A stretch of 64,000 bases of DNA, taken from the NCBI GenBank assembly GCA_000320545.1, contig ADNK01000048.1:145931-209930 (forward strand). Direction: 5' to 3'. The notes under the pieces were generated by a model. The model did not search any database and was not told the origin of the DNA. It worked only from the letters and a program-made list of their open reading frames with translations. Shown one piece after another: positions 16,001 to 41,132 of the stretch (the stretch's first letter is position 1; the number at the start of each line of letters is the position of its first letter). The DNA is from Bigelowiella natans CCMP2755. Taxonomy: Eukaryota; Protista; Cercozoa. The translations under genes were made by a program, and so were the position numbers.

Positions 16001-16808
16001 CAATAGATGCCTGCACGTCCTCCTCGTCTTCCTCAATTTCACTCTCTTCTCCGTGTTGTCCTGACCTCGTTCTTTTATCCCTTCCCTTTTCCTTGTTCTT
16101 ATCCGCTCGGAGGTGGTCCCGGTTTTCCAAGGTTGATGAGGATGACGATGCTGCTTTATCAGTGCCATGCCTCTCGGAAGGAGCTCGTTCAGGTATTTTC
16201 TTTGCAACAGTGGCTTCATCATCGCTAACCGTTCCTCCATGAGTACCGGATTCTCTCACATACTGGGTTCTCTTTTGTTTGTGAGTGCCGCTAATGACTT
16301 CTTCATCTGGATCAGACCTTCTTGCAGCATCTGATGATGATGATAATGATGATGATGATGATGATGAGGATGAGGAGGAGGATGAGGAGGAATCCGTGTT
16401 AGGATGAAGGATTTCTTGTGGGACAGGATGAGAGGATGCGATGCTGCTCGAAGGAGGCTGCTCTGGATCCTCCCCCTTTGATTTCTCGTGAAACTGATCT
16501 ACAGGCACTGTCGGTATTGATTGATGGTCACGATGGGAGGTCGGGACCGCCTTCTGAACCGCCACAGCCACAAAGAACACCGGCGAAGCAATGAAGACGG
16601 CGAACGCCATGATTATGAACAACCTCGTGAGATTCAACGATGGCAGTTGCGCTAACAGGGTTGAAATCTTGGAGCATATAGATTGTGTGCCAGACGCGCT
16701 AGTTCTCTTCGTATTTGAACCGAGCGTCGACGGCGGACGTTGGAACTGGCGGTCCCAGCGCTTGAGGTACTGCTTTATCCAAGCTCCTGCTGACGACGAC
16801 GACCACAT
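12600..16808 (-). CDS. Type II membrane carbohydrate sulfotransferase, Sulfotransfer_2 (HNK-1/CHST-like) family; 3' end approximate
   Basis: The 423-aa first exon has a TM anchor (LFIIMAFAVFIASPVFFVAVAV) and a long Ser/acidic stem. Next exons give LIVPKLR|LLMCRIDKNANTNMALLFN (5'-PSB-like) and WRKAVFLRDPLERLLSAYISKC (3'-PB RDP..RL.SAY motif). Confidence 0.85.
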
Positions 16809-18163
16809 GGCTACGTGACAGTGATAACACTGCTGCTGTATCCAAGTGGAAGATCAAGTGAAGCTTGGGATCGGGTATGCATGACGTGGTTTCATGACGG
16901 CGTGCTGATCAATTGACGTCAGAGGAGGAGAAGCAGTACAAGGAGAAGCAGAGCACGCAGAAGATAGGCAAAAAGATTTAGTACTTTCAGGATAAAAAAA
17001 CCGTTTCTTGACTTTGCTGACTATCGACCGCAGTCTTTTATCAAATAATACATTTTTACTGGATCTACAACGATCTACTTCGTTCAAGAAATATCGTAAT
17101 CTTTTTTGCCAAAACTGAAAACCATCATTCCAGTATGAAAAGGGGAAATTAATGTTGCCGTTGTTAATATTTACTCTGCGACATTGTTCATTCTATTGCT
17201 GCTGATTCGTAGGTAATTTTGCCAAATCAAATGTTTATGATTAGATTACTTTATGTACAAATGTCAAATTCTTAAGAAAAATATTTCGGAACCTGCTTCA
17301 AAGTTTAGGTAGCCAAAGGAAAATATAGGGGATTCGTGGAAGTTTGGGGCTTTGAGAGGGGAAATTGAAACACAAAATCTCTTTAAAAATTTCCTTCCAT
17401 TATAATAGAAGCGAGGAATTCTCTCTTTTGATAAATAGAGCGATAGCGTTACACCAAAAAGCACACAATTGTACACATTCTCTGAATATGAGCCGTTTGC
17501 ATTCTCCGAGCCATTGTTGATTCTGAATTGGGATGGCAGGTGTTCGTTCTTCGGATGAGAGTTGTCCTCCTATTTTTTTTTCTTTATCACATGATAGTTA
17601 TTGTCTTCCACCCAGATCCCTGGGCATTTATAGTTCCTTTGTTTTGATTTCTAGAGGTATTTCTGGCTCACACGTGAACTTCGCAGAGGTTATCTACCTT
17701 GCTATCGTGCGTACCGTCATAAAATATTTTGAGACGTAAGCTAAGAATGAAGTTGTTTTACAGGTATTTGTCGTTAGATCTCCCAATTCTTAGATCTAAA
17801 TCCGAGCATCATTTCTTCTTCTTCGTCTGCCCCCCCCCCGGTTCTCCTGGGATTCTATTTCCTGTCGTTACAGGGGACATTTTGGGAAAATTCTAAAGGA
17901 GAAGAGTGGGGAAGGACCAACTTGAACATTAGAAGAAAGTGGGACCATTGGATCAATTGTATGCGCATTGGGGGTTGAGTTAATTCCAGATTGGCACAAC
18001 AATCCTCTTTTCTTTGGTAATTTTCGTGAGGTCATAGTTTTTCGAAGAGAAGAAGCTACATATAATAGCGATCCTTCGGTTGTAAGCGAATTCGAAGGAA
18101 GTACGATTTACTAGTTCAACAAGGCAAGATTTACGACGAATCTCAAGCTTCGAGCTCTAGATA

Positions 18164-19153
18164 ATGCAACTGTGTGCACAGGATAAAATATGGGACGATA
18201 ACAAAGCAAAAACCAGTGAAATAGACTTTCCCGGTCGAAAGAGACGTAGATCTTCTCCTCAAAGAACATTTTATAACGATAACAGAGAAGACAAATTCGT
18301 CAGAGAGAAACGAAGGAGGAGAAAGCTCCGACTCTCTAGAATGGGTGTCGGAAATTCACGTATGCCTTCTGAATTATCCTTAGAGGCCTTCAATTTTATT
18401 CCCTCTCAGCCACCTAAAATTTTGCCCAAATCTAAGCTGATTAGCAACAGCCCAACCTCAACTATAATACATGGAGGGTTGAAAAGTGATTTACATACTG
18501 ATGTAAAACAGCAAGACGAAAACACTTGCCCTCCATCGCTAGGTATGGACTGTTTGAACATGAAAACTATTGGCGAGTTTGAGATAATATCAAAGTCCCC
18601 CCTCTCTTATACGGAAGGGCTTTCGCGTCGTCTTGTGCATACAAATCGGAAGCGGAAAAAGGTTACGGATTGGACAGAGGGGAAGTCTGTGAACAAACCT
18701 ATCCAACCGAAGCGCCTCCGTTTCGACGAGACTATCCCTCAACGCCACTCAAATGTCTCCCCTGTCCATCCTTTCCCAAATATATCTTCGTTTGCATCCT
18801 CGTCATTTCAGCATGGGACTGCAAGAAGAAGCTGTTTTCTCGACGAAGATTACCGGGGAAGGACAAATCCATTCTCGTCATCCTCATCATCCTCGCTGTA
18901 CGATTTTGCTCCTGACAGCCTGCAGCATCACAGGGGAGCTGGTGCTCTTAGACTAGGCAAATCAGAAGTCAAATCTACCCCAAAGCTCTCCAGGACATCG
19001 GCAGTGCAGATGCAGACTGAGGATGATAGCAGCAGTCCAACTCGCTGCACTTCTTTTTCAAGAGCAGCCAGCATAGATAATTATCTCAGATATGAGGTCT
19101 TGGGAATGAAAAATATGTTGAGGTCATCACGGGGGGATATTGGATACAGATAA
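18164..19153 (+). CDS. Intronless hypothetical protein, basic/Ser-rich, likely disordered, with NLS-like runs
   Basis: 329-aa open frame in an AT-rich region; KRRR/RKRKK motifs; no recognisable domain. The start could be the internal MGVGNS. Confidence 0.55.
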   Translation: MQLCAQDKIWDDNKAKTSEIDFPGRKRRRSSPQRTFYNDNREDKFVREKRRRRKLRLSRMGVGNSRMPSELSLEAFNFIPSQPPKILPKSKLISNSPTSTIIHGGLKSDLHTDVKQQDENTCPPSLGMDCLNMKTIGEFEIISKSPLSYTEGLSRRLVHTNRKRKKVTDWTEGKSVNKPIQPKRLRFDETIPQRHSNVSPVHPFPNISSFASSSFQHGTARRSCFLDEDYRGRTNPFSSSSSSSLYDFAPDSLQHHRGAGALRLGKSEVKSTPKLSRTSAVQMQTEDDSSSPTRCTSFSRAASIDNYLRYEVLGMKNMLRSSRGDIGYR

Positions 19154-20379
19154 AAGCAGTATAATAGAAGGGCCATCTCTCAAGAAATGTTAAAAGTGTA
19201 CTTATTTCTATTATCTGCCATTATTTGGCTTGCTAACCCCCTGCATCTTAAACTCTGCCCCCATTAGGATTTTAAATCCTATCAAAAGTAAGAATCATAA
19301 GAAAGAAATGACTTTGCCAGTCAGTCGAATATAGAATAGTTGATAAATGTCCTGATAAATGTCCAGGAATGAATGAGCAATATTTTGCTACATGTACAGT
19401 TTCAGTAATGGATAAACCATCTTATCTAAAACATACTATCTTAGAATAGCATGCCTTAAACTGCAAAGAATATGTCTAGATGTGTAAAACCATACGTCTC
19501 TTGTAAATAAAATTATTATTTCGTGATATATACCTAGATGTATTTTATTCGCTCAATATGGACGACTGAGTCGATCATACATGAAGTTGCAAAGTCGCGG
19601 CTTTGCACTGTCAATCTGCACAGCACCTAGCTTGAGGCGGGGCGACAAAAAATTTGGATAAACCTTCTTGTATTGTAGTTGCACCACTACATGTAGCGCG
19701 CTCTAGCTAGCTAGCGCTGCTACAACTTGCTCTGCGAGGGACTGCTAGACGTCAAGATAAAGTAGTCGTTGTAAAGTCGTCTCGACGTTTGTGATTGACG
19801 GTAGCTGAACTACAGTATGCTAGTATGTTTGTCCAGTGTGTACATCTTGTCAGACACGTACATACACGCTATGCAAGCTGCACACCAGTCTAGCTAGCTA
19901 GTACTAGAGTAGTGCTGCTGTACTACACATATCGACAAGCTAGCACGACAGCTCGCGATGAGACACATGCTACATTGCTAGCTAGCTAGATTGGTGTAGC
20001 GTGCCAACTTAGTAGATTGCATGCGGCCCAAAACGACTGCATAAGATTTTCTAGATTATACGGCACATGCATTGTGTTGTTATGATGTGTTTTACTAGAT
20101 CACCGTCGATAGTACGCACTGCCAGCACCATCTAGACCATACGTGCATTTTGCATGCTAGTTTTGGCATGCACGCATCGACCGGCGCAACGCATACCGTG
20201 CGGCGATATAGCGATGCACATACACATCACATTAAAATACGTACGAGTGTGTACCGATGAATGACTAGTAGCGTGCATGTGCGATCCTATGCAATTACCA
20301 CCATCCACATCAAAAAATGCCGGAGATCTACTAGCTACCCTATGTAGAGACACCACAAGAACGATGGCCCTACCTAGAC

Positions 20380-32137
<11,758 letters not shown>

Positions 32138-32706
32138 TTAATCTGCTGTTATGCGCGTCGATTGCGACGCTGTTTCCTAGGATCTCTATTGTGGAATCTC
32201 AGATTTGCAGAGCCTCTCGACGCGATGTGGGCATGCCGGCGCGGGGCGGGGATGAGGAAAGGCAGCCAGCCTGAATTTACCCGTCGTCGTCGTCGGGTTG
32301 GCAAATTTGGTGTTGTTCGACGATTTCGAATAAATCCCCTGGGTTTTTGAAATAATTGCAACTGAAACTCCATTATTTCCCATTTTTCGCCCTCCTCGAA
32401 CCTCATTCTTGGTCGATTTTTAGTCCCTGAAACATCGGACGACAGATCACCAATTTCGAATGTTAGGTTGCGACACGAAATTGTATTGTCGCACGTGATT
32501 AAATAGATCCATTTCTTTGAAGTTACATCGTTCACTGGTCGTAGGTAACTGACAACGCTTGCATCTGAGCACACTTCGCCCCCCCCCGGCACCATCGACG
32601 TAGCTGCGAATGAGAGCGTCGAAACTAAATGTTGACCACTAATATTTAATGATAAATTACAAAGGTACGCGTTGTAATTGATCCTGGGGGCTAGAATTCC
32701 ACCACC

Positions 32707-32756
32707 ATGGCAGCAAATGTCAAAGGGTATGAACTACACACACACATATAAATAAA

Positions 32757-32795
<39 letters not shown>

Positions 32796-35700
32796 CGAAT
32801 CACCTTCCGTCGCTCAGATAAGTTGAACAAAAATGTAGGGGAGAATTGGAAACTCCACGTACCAACTACGATCGCCGGAAAAATGCTCGGGGAATCTTAG
32901 CTACAAGCATTATTCTAACATTGGATAGCACTCAAATAAACAAGTAATACGATTGTTTTCTTCGTCACACTTGTAGCTTGAGATATTCAGACAAGATGAT
33001 TATTCCTTTCCAGAATTAAAAATGACTTCATGTGGGGAGTTGGTAAAAAACCAAACTCCAGAAAACGGCCGAGGTCACACATATCGATAACCGGTTTCAT
33101 AGAAATTATGATGGATAGTGTGCGCGCAGAGGTAACTGAGATGTCAAGCATTGTTCTTATGTGTTCAACATCTGAGAAGATATTTGTGAATCAGGATTTC
33201 AATGCATCAAGGGAGGAAATGATTTCGTCCCTTATGGAACTTTTCGACCAGATGGATTTAGATGGGAACGGGACTCTGGACTTCAAAGAGTTCTTAGCAA
33301 CAATAGTTCATCTTGGCTTATCTGGTGCCGACAAGCTCGTTCTCAATCCTATCAAGCAATACGTCGAAGGGCCATGCGAGAAAAATCAGAGGAATCCAAC
33401 AAAGCAATTTTGCAAATATATCCCATCACTAAATAGGGTGATGATCAAGGAAGGCCAAGCAGGAGTCATAAAGTTCGTCGATGTGGACAATTTCAAAAAA
33501 GTGAAGAAGGCAATAAATCTGGACCAAAAAGGAATTCTCGGGTGCGAATTTATAGATATGGGAAGCGAGACCCAAAACCTGATAGCCACTGCAACCACCC
33601 AACATCTGACTTTCTGGGGCAATCTGCACACTAGCCGTGTCACTATGATGGATGAGATCATGACACGTCAGCCGCAAACCTGCATCAAGTGGATTTCCAA
33701 AGCCAACGCACTGTTCACAGGCACTTCGACTGGGAGAGTGCATTGGTGGAAGGTATCAATAGAGAATGGGAAGGGCTCAAAGGGTAAATGCAGTCGGACC
33801 AGGGTACTGCATACTTTCCAGGGACACGAGGGCGTCGTGACCGCCATCCAGATGATTCCGAGTATGGACCTGTTACTTACAGCATCCCTTGATACCACAG
33901 TGAGGCTTTGGGATCTGGTAAAGAGGAAAGAAAAGTTCAAGTTTTGTGGCCACAATGCAGGGGTGGTAGACTTGGCGTACTCTGAAGAATACAGATTCTT
34001 GCTTTCCGCTGGAATCGATCATGACGTCTGCGTATGGAGCCCCTTTGCTGATAGGCTCGTCTTCAAACTCAAAGGGCACGGATCGCCCCTAGTTGGCGTT
34101 GAGTTTGTAACCGGCACCCCGCAGATTGTCACCGCGGATGCAGAGGGATGGATCAAAATATGGGATGCAAGAAACTTCGCTTGCGTCCAAACATTTCTTA
34201 CGACAAACAAAATCTGCGGCTTTGCAACCACCTCAGTGAAACATAAGCGGATGCTTGTCTCGAGTCTATGGAGCATCTTTTCCTTCGACCAGGAGGGGGG
34301 ACCCTATTGTAAGATCGAAGGGGAGGATAAGGAAACTATGGTAGTCTACAATGAGAAACTGCTCAGCTTCCTGACCGGGGGTGTGGAGATGGTCAAGGTC
34401 TGGAATGCCCTCAACGGAAAAATTGTCAAGATGTTCCGTGGATTGGTCAAGGACGATATATCTTGCATGTGTTTAGATCAGAGAGGGAGAAAATTCATCA
34501 TCGGTACCCTCTCGGGTCAGCTGGAAGTTTATAACTACCAGAATGGTCAGCATATGAAGACCTTGCAAGGCCACAAAGGCGAGATCATCCACCTGGCGTA
34601 CGGGGTGAATTCCACGTTGTTGGTTTCGATCGGCGCGGATCACATCATTCAAGTTCATGACGAGGGCCCAGTCGAGCGCTCCCCTGTGCTGGTAACGATT
34701 CCTGTGCATTTGGAGGATAGAGTGGAGATCCTCGGATACGATGTATCATTTACCATGCGTCTGGTTGCGTTGGGATGTAACGACGGATCCTTGCATATTT
34801 GGGATATCGACACAGGGAAGCTTGAGCATACATTCCACGAGGTTAAGGATCGATCTTGCGTTAAGTTTCTGGGAAATCTTCCCTTAATCGCTGCTGCTGA
34901 TGAAGAGGGAGAGGTGAAGGTGTATGTGGTGCGCCCTTGGAACACACATACCCATCATTGCATGGCCAGCTTCCAAAATACCCCTTCGGACGAAGCCGAC
35001 GAGGAAGGGGAGATTCCTCACATTACCTCCCTAGCGTTTTCAGGCTCCTCAAACACAATATTCACAGGAGAAGATAATGGCTGGATAAAGGCCTGGGATA
35101 TCTCCGCTTTCGTAAACAAGATAGGTCTGGTTCCTATCAAGGTGAAAGATGACATGAATTGCAACCCATTGCACTTGCTGTCGGACTTCTGTAACACCAC
35201 AACCGGCGCCCTCTCCTCCGTTCCGTATGGGCGCATGGATATTAAGCCCCTCTGGAAGAAAGACATAAATATGAAGGTGAGGACGATTCAAGTTAGCGAA
35301 AATCCCCAGCACCTGCTGCTAACACCACTAGACACGTCCGCCCCCACGCTCCTCAGCTTCGAGGGCAAGATAATCGGAAAATTGAAAAAATCATCATTGT
35401 TCAAGGCGCTCAATGAGGTACGGTAACGAACATTTGTGCCCTTAAGTAGATACTGATGCTTCGTGATTTGCCACAGAAGAAGAGCATGTGGGACTTCCAC
35501 CCCGACGTGGAGGCGCTTCATCACAAATCCAAGTGTAGAATGGATGCAGTAACAAAGCAAATCGAAGCGGAATCTAAGAATAAAGGAGCAGGATTGGTAC
35601 TGCGCCCCATCGAGAGAGATAAGTATCTTCATGTGCTGATTTTGTGGCATTTTCAGACCGCCAATACAACAACCGGCAGCGGCCAGTCTAGTGACTTCCA

Positions 35701-36399
35701 AAAGCTCAAGGAGAACATGCTCGCCAGAATTAGTACGATATACAACGCCATTTTTAAGTCTTCGGAGATTTGACAAGATATACGCTTTCGTCGTGTGTTG
35801 TTATTCTTAACAGGTCTGGAAGCTATCTCCGAGTCAAAGCTTGTGGATCCTGCACCCCCGAAAAGAGCCCATCCTCCAAAGAGACCCGATCCCATCACGA
35901 GAACTCGGCAGTTGTGGAAAGGTTTTGATTATTTCCCTGAAACTATGCTGTGGAGAGACTGCTCATTCCTCACTTTCTTGCAGCGAAAAAAAGCCGCGAA
36001 CCATTTCAAGTCCCTGCCCTTGGCGAAACGGGCAGAGCGGAGATACTCCGTAAGAAGATGATGGAGATGAAAGGGAGGCCCTCGAGCATACTGACTCGAA
36101 TAGGAAAGTCACTGACTGGAGAGGATTATTTCCGTAACGTCTCACCTCCTTCTCGGAAATCGCAACCGTTGCACGTGACACTCAAGAACAGCAAGTAAGC
36201 TCTCTATCATCGAAAGTTTTACGCTGTGCCGTCCATTTTTTTCATTCTCTTGTTGCCACACTATCGTAGAGGAAGGACGTCATCGCAAGTCTCCGAGACT
36301 CGAGGAAACTTTGCGCTCGAGAAGGGGGTTGCTGAGAGCATGAATGAATCGCAAAGGTATGCAGCGCTCAACCTCCATGAAGCTATGATGACGCTGTGA
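32707..36399 (+). CDS. EF-hand + WD40-repeat protein (WDR49/WDR64/EFCAB8/WDY-like, probably ciliary)
   Basis: EF-hand FDQMDLDGNGTLDFKEF followed by many GH...WD repeats (GHEGVVTAI..ASLDTTVRLWD, GHNAGV..GIDHDVCVWSP, GHGSPLVGV..IKIWDAR) in ORF 33030-35426. Short upstream exon MAANVK; last exon ends AMMTL*. Confidence 0.85.
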
Positions 36400-36504
36400 C
36401 TGATGGGAACCAAACAGACGAAGGCGCATTTCAATAGAATCGCAAGATGCAACTGATTTGTAATTTGCACACAACTTACATTGCTCATTACCTTTCATAG
36501 ATTA

Positions 36505-37017
36505 CTGCTACTAAATGACACTACATGTGTGTGTGTGTGTGTGTGTGCGCGCGCGCGCGCGCGCACGCATCGCAGCTAGCTGCTAAAAGCACATGCAGAC
36601 AGTTGTCGGCAACAAAAAACCAGCCAGCAGACTCTGCTAGTCTGCCTTGGTGATATTTGCACTTGCGATGCTAGTTTGACAGCTCGGCTTCAATGATGCC
36701 ACTACACCATCGCATGCTAGCATGACAGAACCTAGCCGCGACGATGCATGCTAACATGACAACGTCTTGGCATGCATCATCAGTGCATTTCATTGCATGC
36801 TCCTCGATCTTGTGCCCGGCGATGCAGCGCAGCAGCAGGTAGAGCATGCCCCAGTTTTTTTTTTCCCAACTACAATCAGTAGGGGAATGCCGCAAAATTC
36901 GCAACCCAAAACATCTCCTACAACTGCTGAATGGGCCACCCTAATGTAGCTATCCAAAGTAGCGGCTACAGCGCGAAAGTTCTGTGTCATGTGTCATGTG
37001 CTTCATGCATTTGACAG
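36505..37017. repeat. TpA-depleted intergenic tract between convergent genes
   Basis: By hand count about 21 TpA, 20 in CTA/TAG context; contains a (TG)n(CG)n run near its start. Confidence 0.65.
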
Positions 37018-37285
37018 TATGTTTGGATACACGCGCATAGCTCTACGAACCACGCTAGCACAGCATATAAGCAGTCTACTACCTAGGAGATTCGATAGTG
37101 ATGAGACATCACACGGGGCGGAATTATTTCAATCACGCTGGCCTCTTATAATAACGTAACGAGCCGCGACTTTTCCTGACACTAAATAAATATGCTTACA
37201 TAGCCTAATAATGATAATCTTCTATATAATCTAGCTACTTCCAGCAAACGGCAAGCCAGAGCTAATTCGATTTCCGTATTGTTTA

Positions 37286-37834
37286 TTAATCGCGCTTTGA
37301 ACGCCCAGGAAAGAACACTTTATAAGTCAAACCCAGGACGACGAGCACCAGCATTGCCACAATCTGTTACAAGATAAAGGCGGAAAAGAAGGCATCGATC
37401 AGGATCCAACGTAACGATGCTCAACCAATTTCTAGGTAAACAAGAACGTACCCCTATAAGCAAGAGGATGACGGAATCGCGATCTGCAGCTTGAAACCAT
37501 AAGGGAAGAAGGGCAACGACACAGAAAACAAGATCATCAATGCCCCATTTAGTGATAGGTGTAGCAGAGAAGAAAAGCTCATTTATCGTGCAGGAAGAGC
37601 AACTTGGTGTTTATGCATGATGAAGTCGCAATGAAATGCCGGAATGTTTGGCGCGAAGACACACATCCGCGCAACACCTTGGGCAGTTGATGATACGACG
37701 GCACTGCTGTCACTTGCTTTAAACGCATTTCGCAAGCGATCAAAATCCTCCTCGAGGTCTCGGAAATGGCTCTGATGAGGGGAGACGATGTAGCCATTTG
37801 TCGTAACAATGCGAGAAAGTATGAGAAAGGAGGT

Positions 37835-37873
<39 letters not shown>

Positions 37874-38059
37874 GAATTAAGGGGTCACTTGATGGAAACA
37901 TTTGTCGCAATTATTATCATCATCAACGTGGATTTGGTACACACCTCCAGATACAGCATCTTTAATCTTGTGACAGAAATGCGATCTCCAGGATGCACAC
38001 TGGGAGTGGCTTTCCCAGCTTAGAGTAATACAGAAACAAGTCGTGGAGAGATGGTTATG

Positions 38060-38094
<35 letters not shown>

Positions 38095-38714
38095 ACTGCA
38101 CCTTTTGCTTTTAAAAGGGCGTGAATAAATGATAAGCCATTAATATTACCTGTGAGCTTATCAATCTCCTGCGCTGCGAGGACTCCATCACCGTTCTCAT
38201 CACACAGGGCAAAAATTGTCTGCACCTTTGCCTGAGGGAACACACATTGTGGGGTGTGGGAGCATGAATTAGCTCAAATCACTATTCTGTGGTCAACACG
38301 GTAACGAATCTTGTGGAAGGATAAGTTTGCTGACTTGATGCTTCTCGAGCTGTGTTTGCCGACCAGACTTGACCGAGTCAACAGCCCTAAGATGACGACG
38401 ACAATGACGACAATCATCCGACAAATACGCATGATCTCGATAAGGATGGCGTGATCGATGGACAACAAACAGCAGCGAAACGCCACAATTCGAAAGAACA
38501 TCCCGCCAAACATTCTATTTTTTTTTATTTATTCAAGACAGTGTCTAGCAAGAATAGCACCTGAGCATCAGGTTGTATAGTACGCCACGTCGGCGAGCGA
38601 AGGCTTTGTATACTTCTTTCAGGCTCGGTCTGATAGATTGTACTATGTTCATCTGCTCATTATACAGCGTACTCCTCTCCTCCTCCTCCTCCTCCTCCTC
38701 CTCCTCCTTCCCTT

Positions 38715-38747
<33 letters not shown>

Positions 38748-38838
38748 TTACAGCAGTAGTAGTAGTACTACCCGAGTTTGGACGTTGCTCCAAGCTCCGA
38801 GCAGATAGTGAGGTACTTAGCTTGTGTCATGTGATCCC

Positions 38839-38878
<40 letters not shown>

Positions 38879-40802
38879 GTGTGTAATTCATTAAGAGTTG
38901 TGGTGTGTGGCAAGCAACAATCGTTCTCGATAGAGTGTGTCTTTAACGCAGTCGCAGTGCGCCTCTGCAATCATACGCCTCCTCCCTCCCCGTCACCCAC
39001 ACTCTACTATGTTGTTTTTGTTGTTATTCGAGCGGTGGTGAAAGAGCACGATGACCAGGTTGTTGTGTGCGCCGAGGAAAATGCCGACAGAAGCATTGCA
39101 AGCTCGGAACGGTCCGAATATGTATTGCCGTCAAGGTCCAGCTAGATCGATGGCGGACCACCCACACACACAATAAATAGGCACACGTACGCGCAAGTTA
39201 TCCCCACTTTAATTCAGAAAGTTTACAGCAGAGGCCAATTTTTTACTTGTATAAGATATATTTATAACATAAAGAATAAACGCCTTTACCATGTTGAAAA
39301 CGCGCTGAATAGCTCTGCGTGTCTCAGCTTCGATCGCCTCCTCGGAGCCTCTTCCAGAAGATGGGGAACCAGTCTTCCCGCCCTCCGAGTAGCACTCACG
39401 ATCAATGCGCTGGCAGCCAAGCCGGGACAGAGGGCACATCTTGATCATATTTATTTGTTAAGGAGGAAGGAACAAATTACAATAATATAATATATTTCCG
39501 CTCCTTGCCTCTCTTCTTAACTACACTGATCATATCTGTAGATATCACGGCAAAAAGTATGAAACGGCGGTATGGCGACCTGGAACGCGCATTTGCAGCA
39601 CTCATTGCGGCTCTTATCACATGGAGGGCTGGTTTCGAATGACTGCAATGTAGATGGGAGACGCAGAAGAGAGGGGGGGAGAGGAAAGGGGGAGGAAGGA
39701 AAATAGTCAGGGAGGGTGTAAATAAGCTTAGAGTCTGCAAAAGAAAACACATGGAAGGCTCCCCCCTCAATTTGTGGACACAGCTTAGGGTGGCGTAGAT
39801 TATATGTAGAGTGTGTGTGTGGGGGGGGGGGGAGAATGCCAGAGAGACATAGGGAGAGAGAGAAAGAGAGAGGGAGAGAGAGAGAAGTATGAGCTAATAT
39901 GTAAACGCTGCCATCTCGCCTTGGACACGTACCTCACACTGTGGGAGCAGGTTTCGACAGGTGTTGATGATCTGATTGAGTGGCGAAATATGAGGTTTAA
40001 AACAAGTTTCATTTGTAAGGATGAACGAGGTACAAGAGAGTTGGTACAATAATACACGTGATGAGTTCGTTGTTTCGGCTCCATCGCTGCTTCTACACTT
40101 TACATATACTCTGCCCAAAGATTGGCAGTATTATTACCCCGCTCGTACAGAACGGATCGCCAGCAGCTAAGCCGATTTCTGCGCAATGATCTGCTGCTGT
40201 GTCCAGCTCACACTTGGATGCAAACCCGAATACGCCGGGTGCATGCCGCAGCATTAGCTCGTGGGACTGAGATAGACATGTGTTTGTGTGTGTGTGTTGT
40301 TTGTGAGTGTGAATTTTAAAGTGATCTGAGCTTGATGTGTTTTCTAAATTTGATTTCAATATACGCACCTTCATGACTACTGCGCCATCACCTCCGCTCT
40401 TGTAGTCAATCTCGATGACCGGCTCATTCATTTCTGGCTCAGTGTCTGAAGTAGCTCCAAGATCCATGATGACCGACTCGTCTTTATTGGTCTCTGGATT
40501 ACGAATTCTCGCAGTTCTAAGGGCAAAACCGAATTAAGATTTGGACACAGCAAGTCATTGAAGATGCGCATACCTCGACGAATTTTTCCGTCTTTGAAAA
40601 TCGCCGAGTGCAGGTGGCGGTTCGTCATTGTTAATCGCTATGGATCTCTTCAATGAAATCGCTGTGGGAGCGAATAATAGTGCCAGCAGAACCACAAAAA
40701 TATTTATCCTGGTAGTTACACACAAGAATATTCAAGGGTACGCCATCGAAGTGGACTGTCAGTGTTGCCAAAGAGCATTGTTGACCTAAATCCGGGTTCC
40801 AT
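37286..40802 (-). CDS. Type I membrane protein: signal peptide, Cys-rich region, two EF-hand-like motifs, C-terminal TM
   Basis: MEPGFR|INIFVVLLALLFAPTAISLK (signal); PPCDKSRNECCKCAFQVAIPPFHTFCRDIYRYDQC; LDLDGNTYSDRSELAMLL; IFALCDENGDGVLAAQEI; SVILLLIG|IVAMLVLVVLGLTYKVFFPGRSKRD*. Confidence 0.7.
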
Positions 40803-41051
40803 TGCGGGAAAGGGTGTGTGAAATGGTGAGGTAGTCGGAGAGGGCGACATCGCTCTTGCCATTGTCGTACGTTGTAATTACCACCAAAATATCATCGAAA
40901 TGATCAGTTCTAACAACTACTGCACATGACACTTGTTGCACTACAAAAATGAAAATGTTGCCAAAAGCATTTCGGCGTGACTCAGATACCAGCATATCAA
41001 CATAATTTTATTTATGAGTTTGAATATTTTCCCATATTCCCACAAGTAAGA

Positions 41052-41124
41052 GCCCGGTTAGCTCAGTCGGTAGAGCGTACGACTTTTAATCGTATGGCCG
41101 CGGGTTCAATTCCCGCATCGGGTA
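41052..41124 (+). tRNA. tRNA-Lys (anticodon TTT)
   Basis: Acceptor stem GCCCGGT/ATCGGGT; D-arm TAGCTCAGTCGGTAGAGC; anticodon arm TACGA-CTTTTAA-TCGTA; T-arm GCGGG-TTCAATT-CCCGC; 73 nt, no intron. Confidence 0.97.
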
Positions 41125-41125
41125 C

Positions 41126-41132
41126 TTTTTTC
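41126..41132 (+). terminator. RNA polymerase III oligo-T terminator
   Basis: T7 run immediately after the tRNA. Confidence 0.8.
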
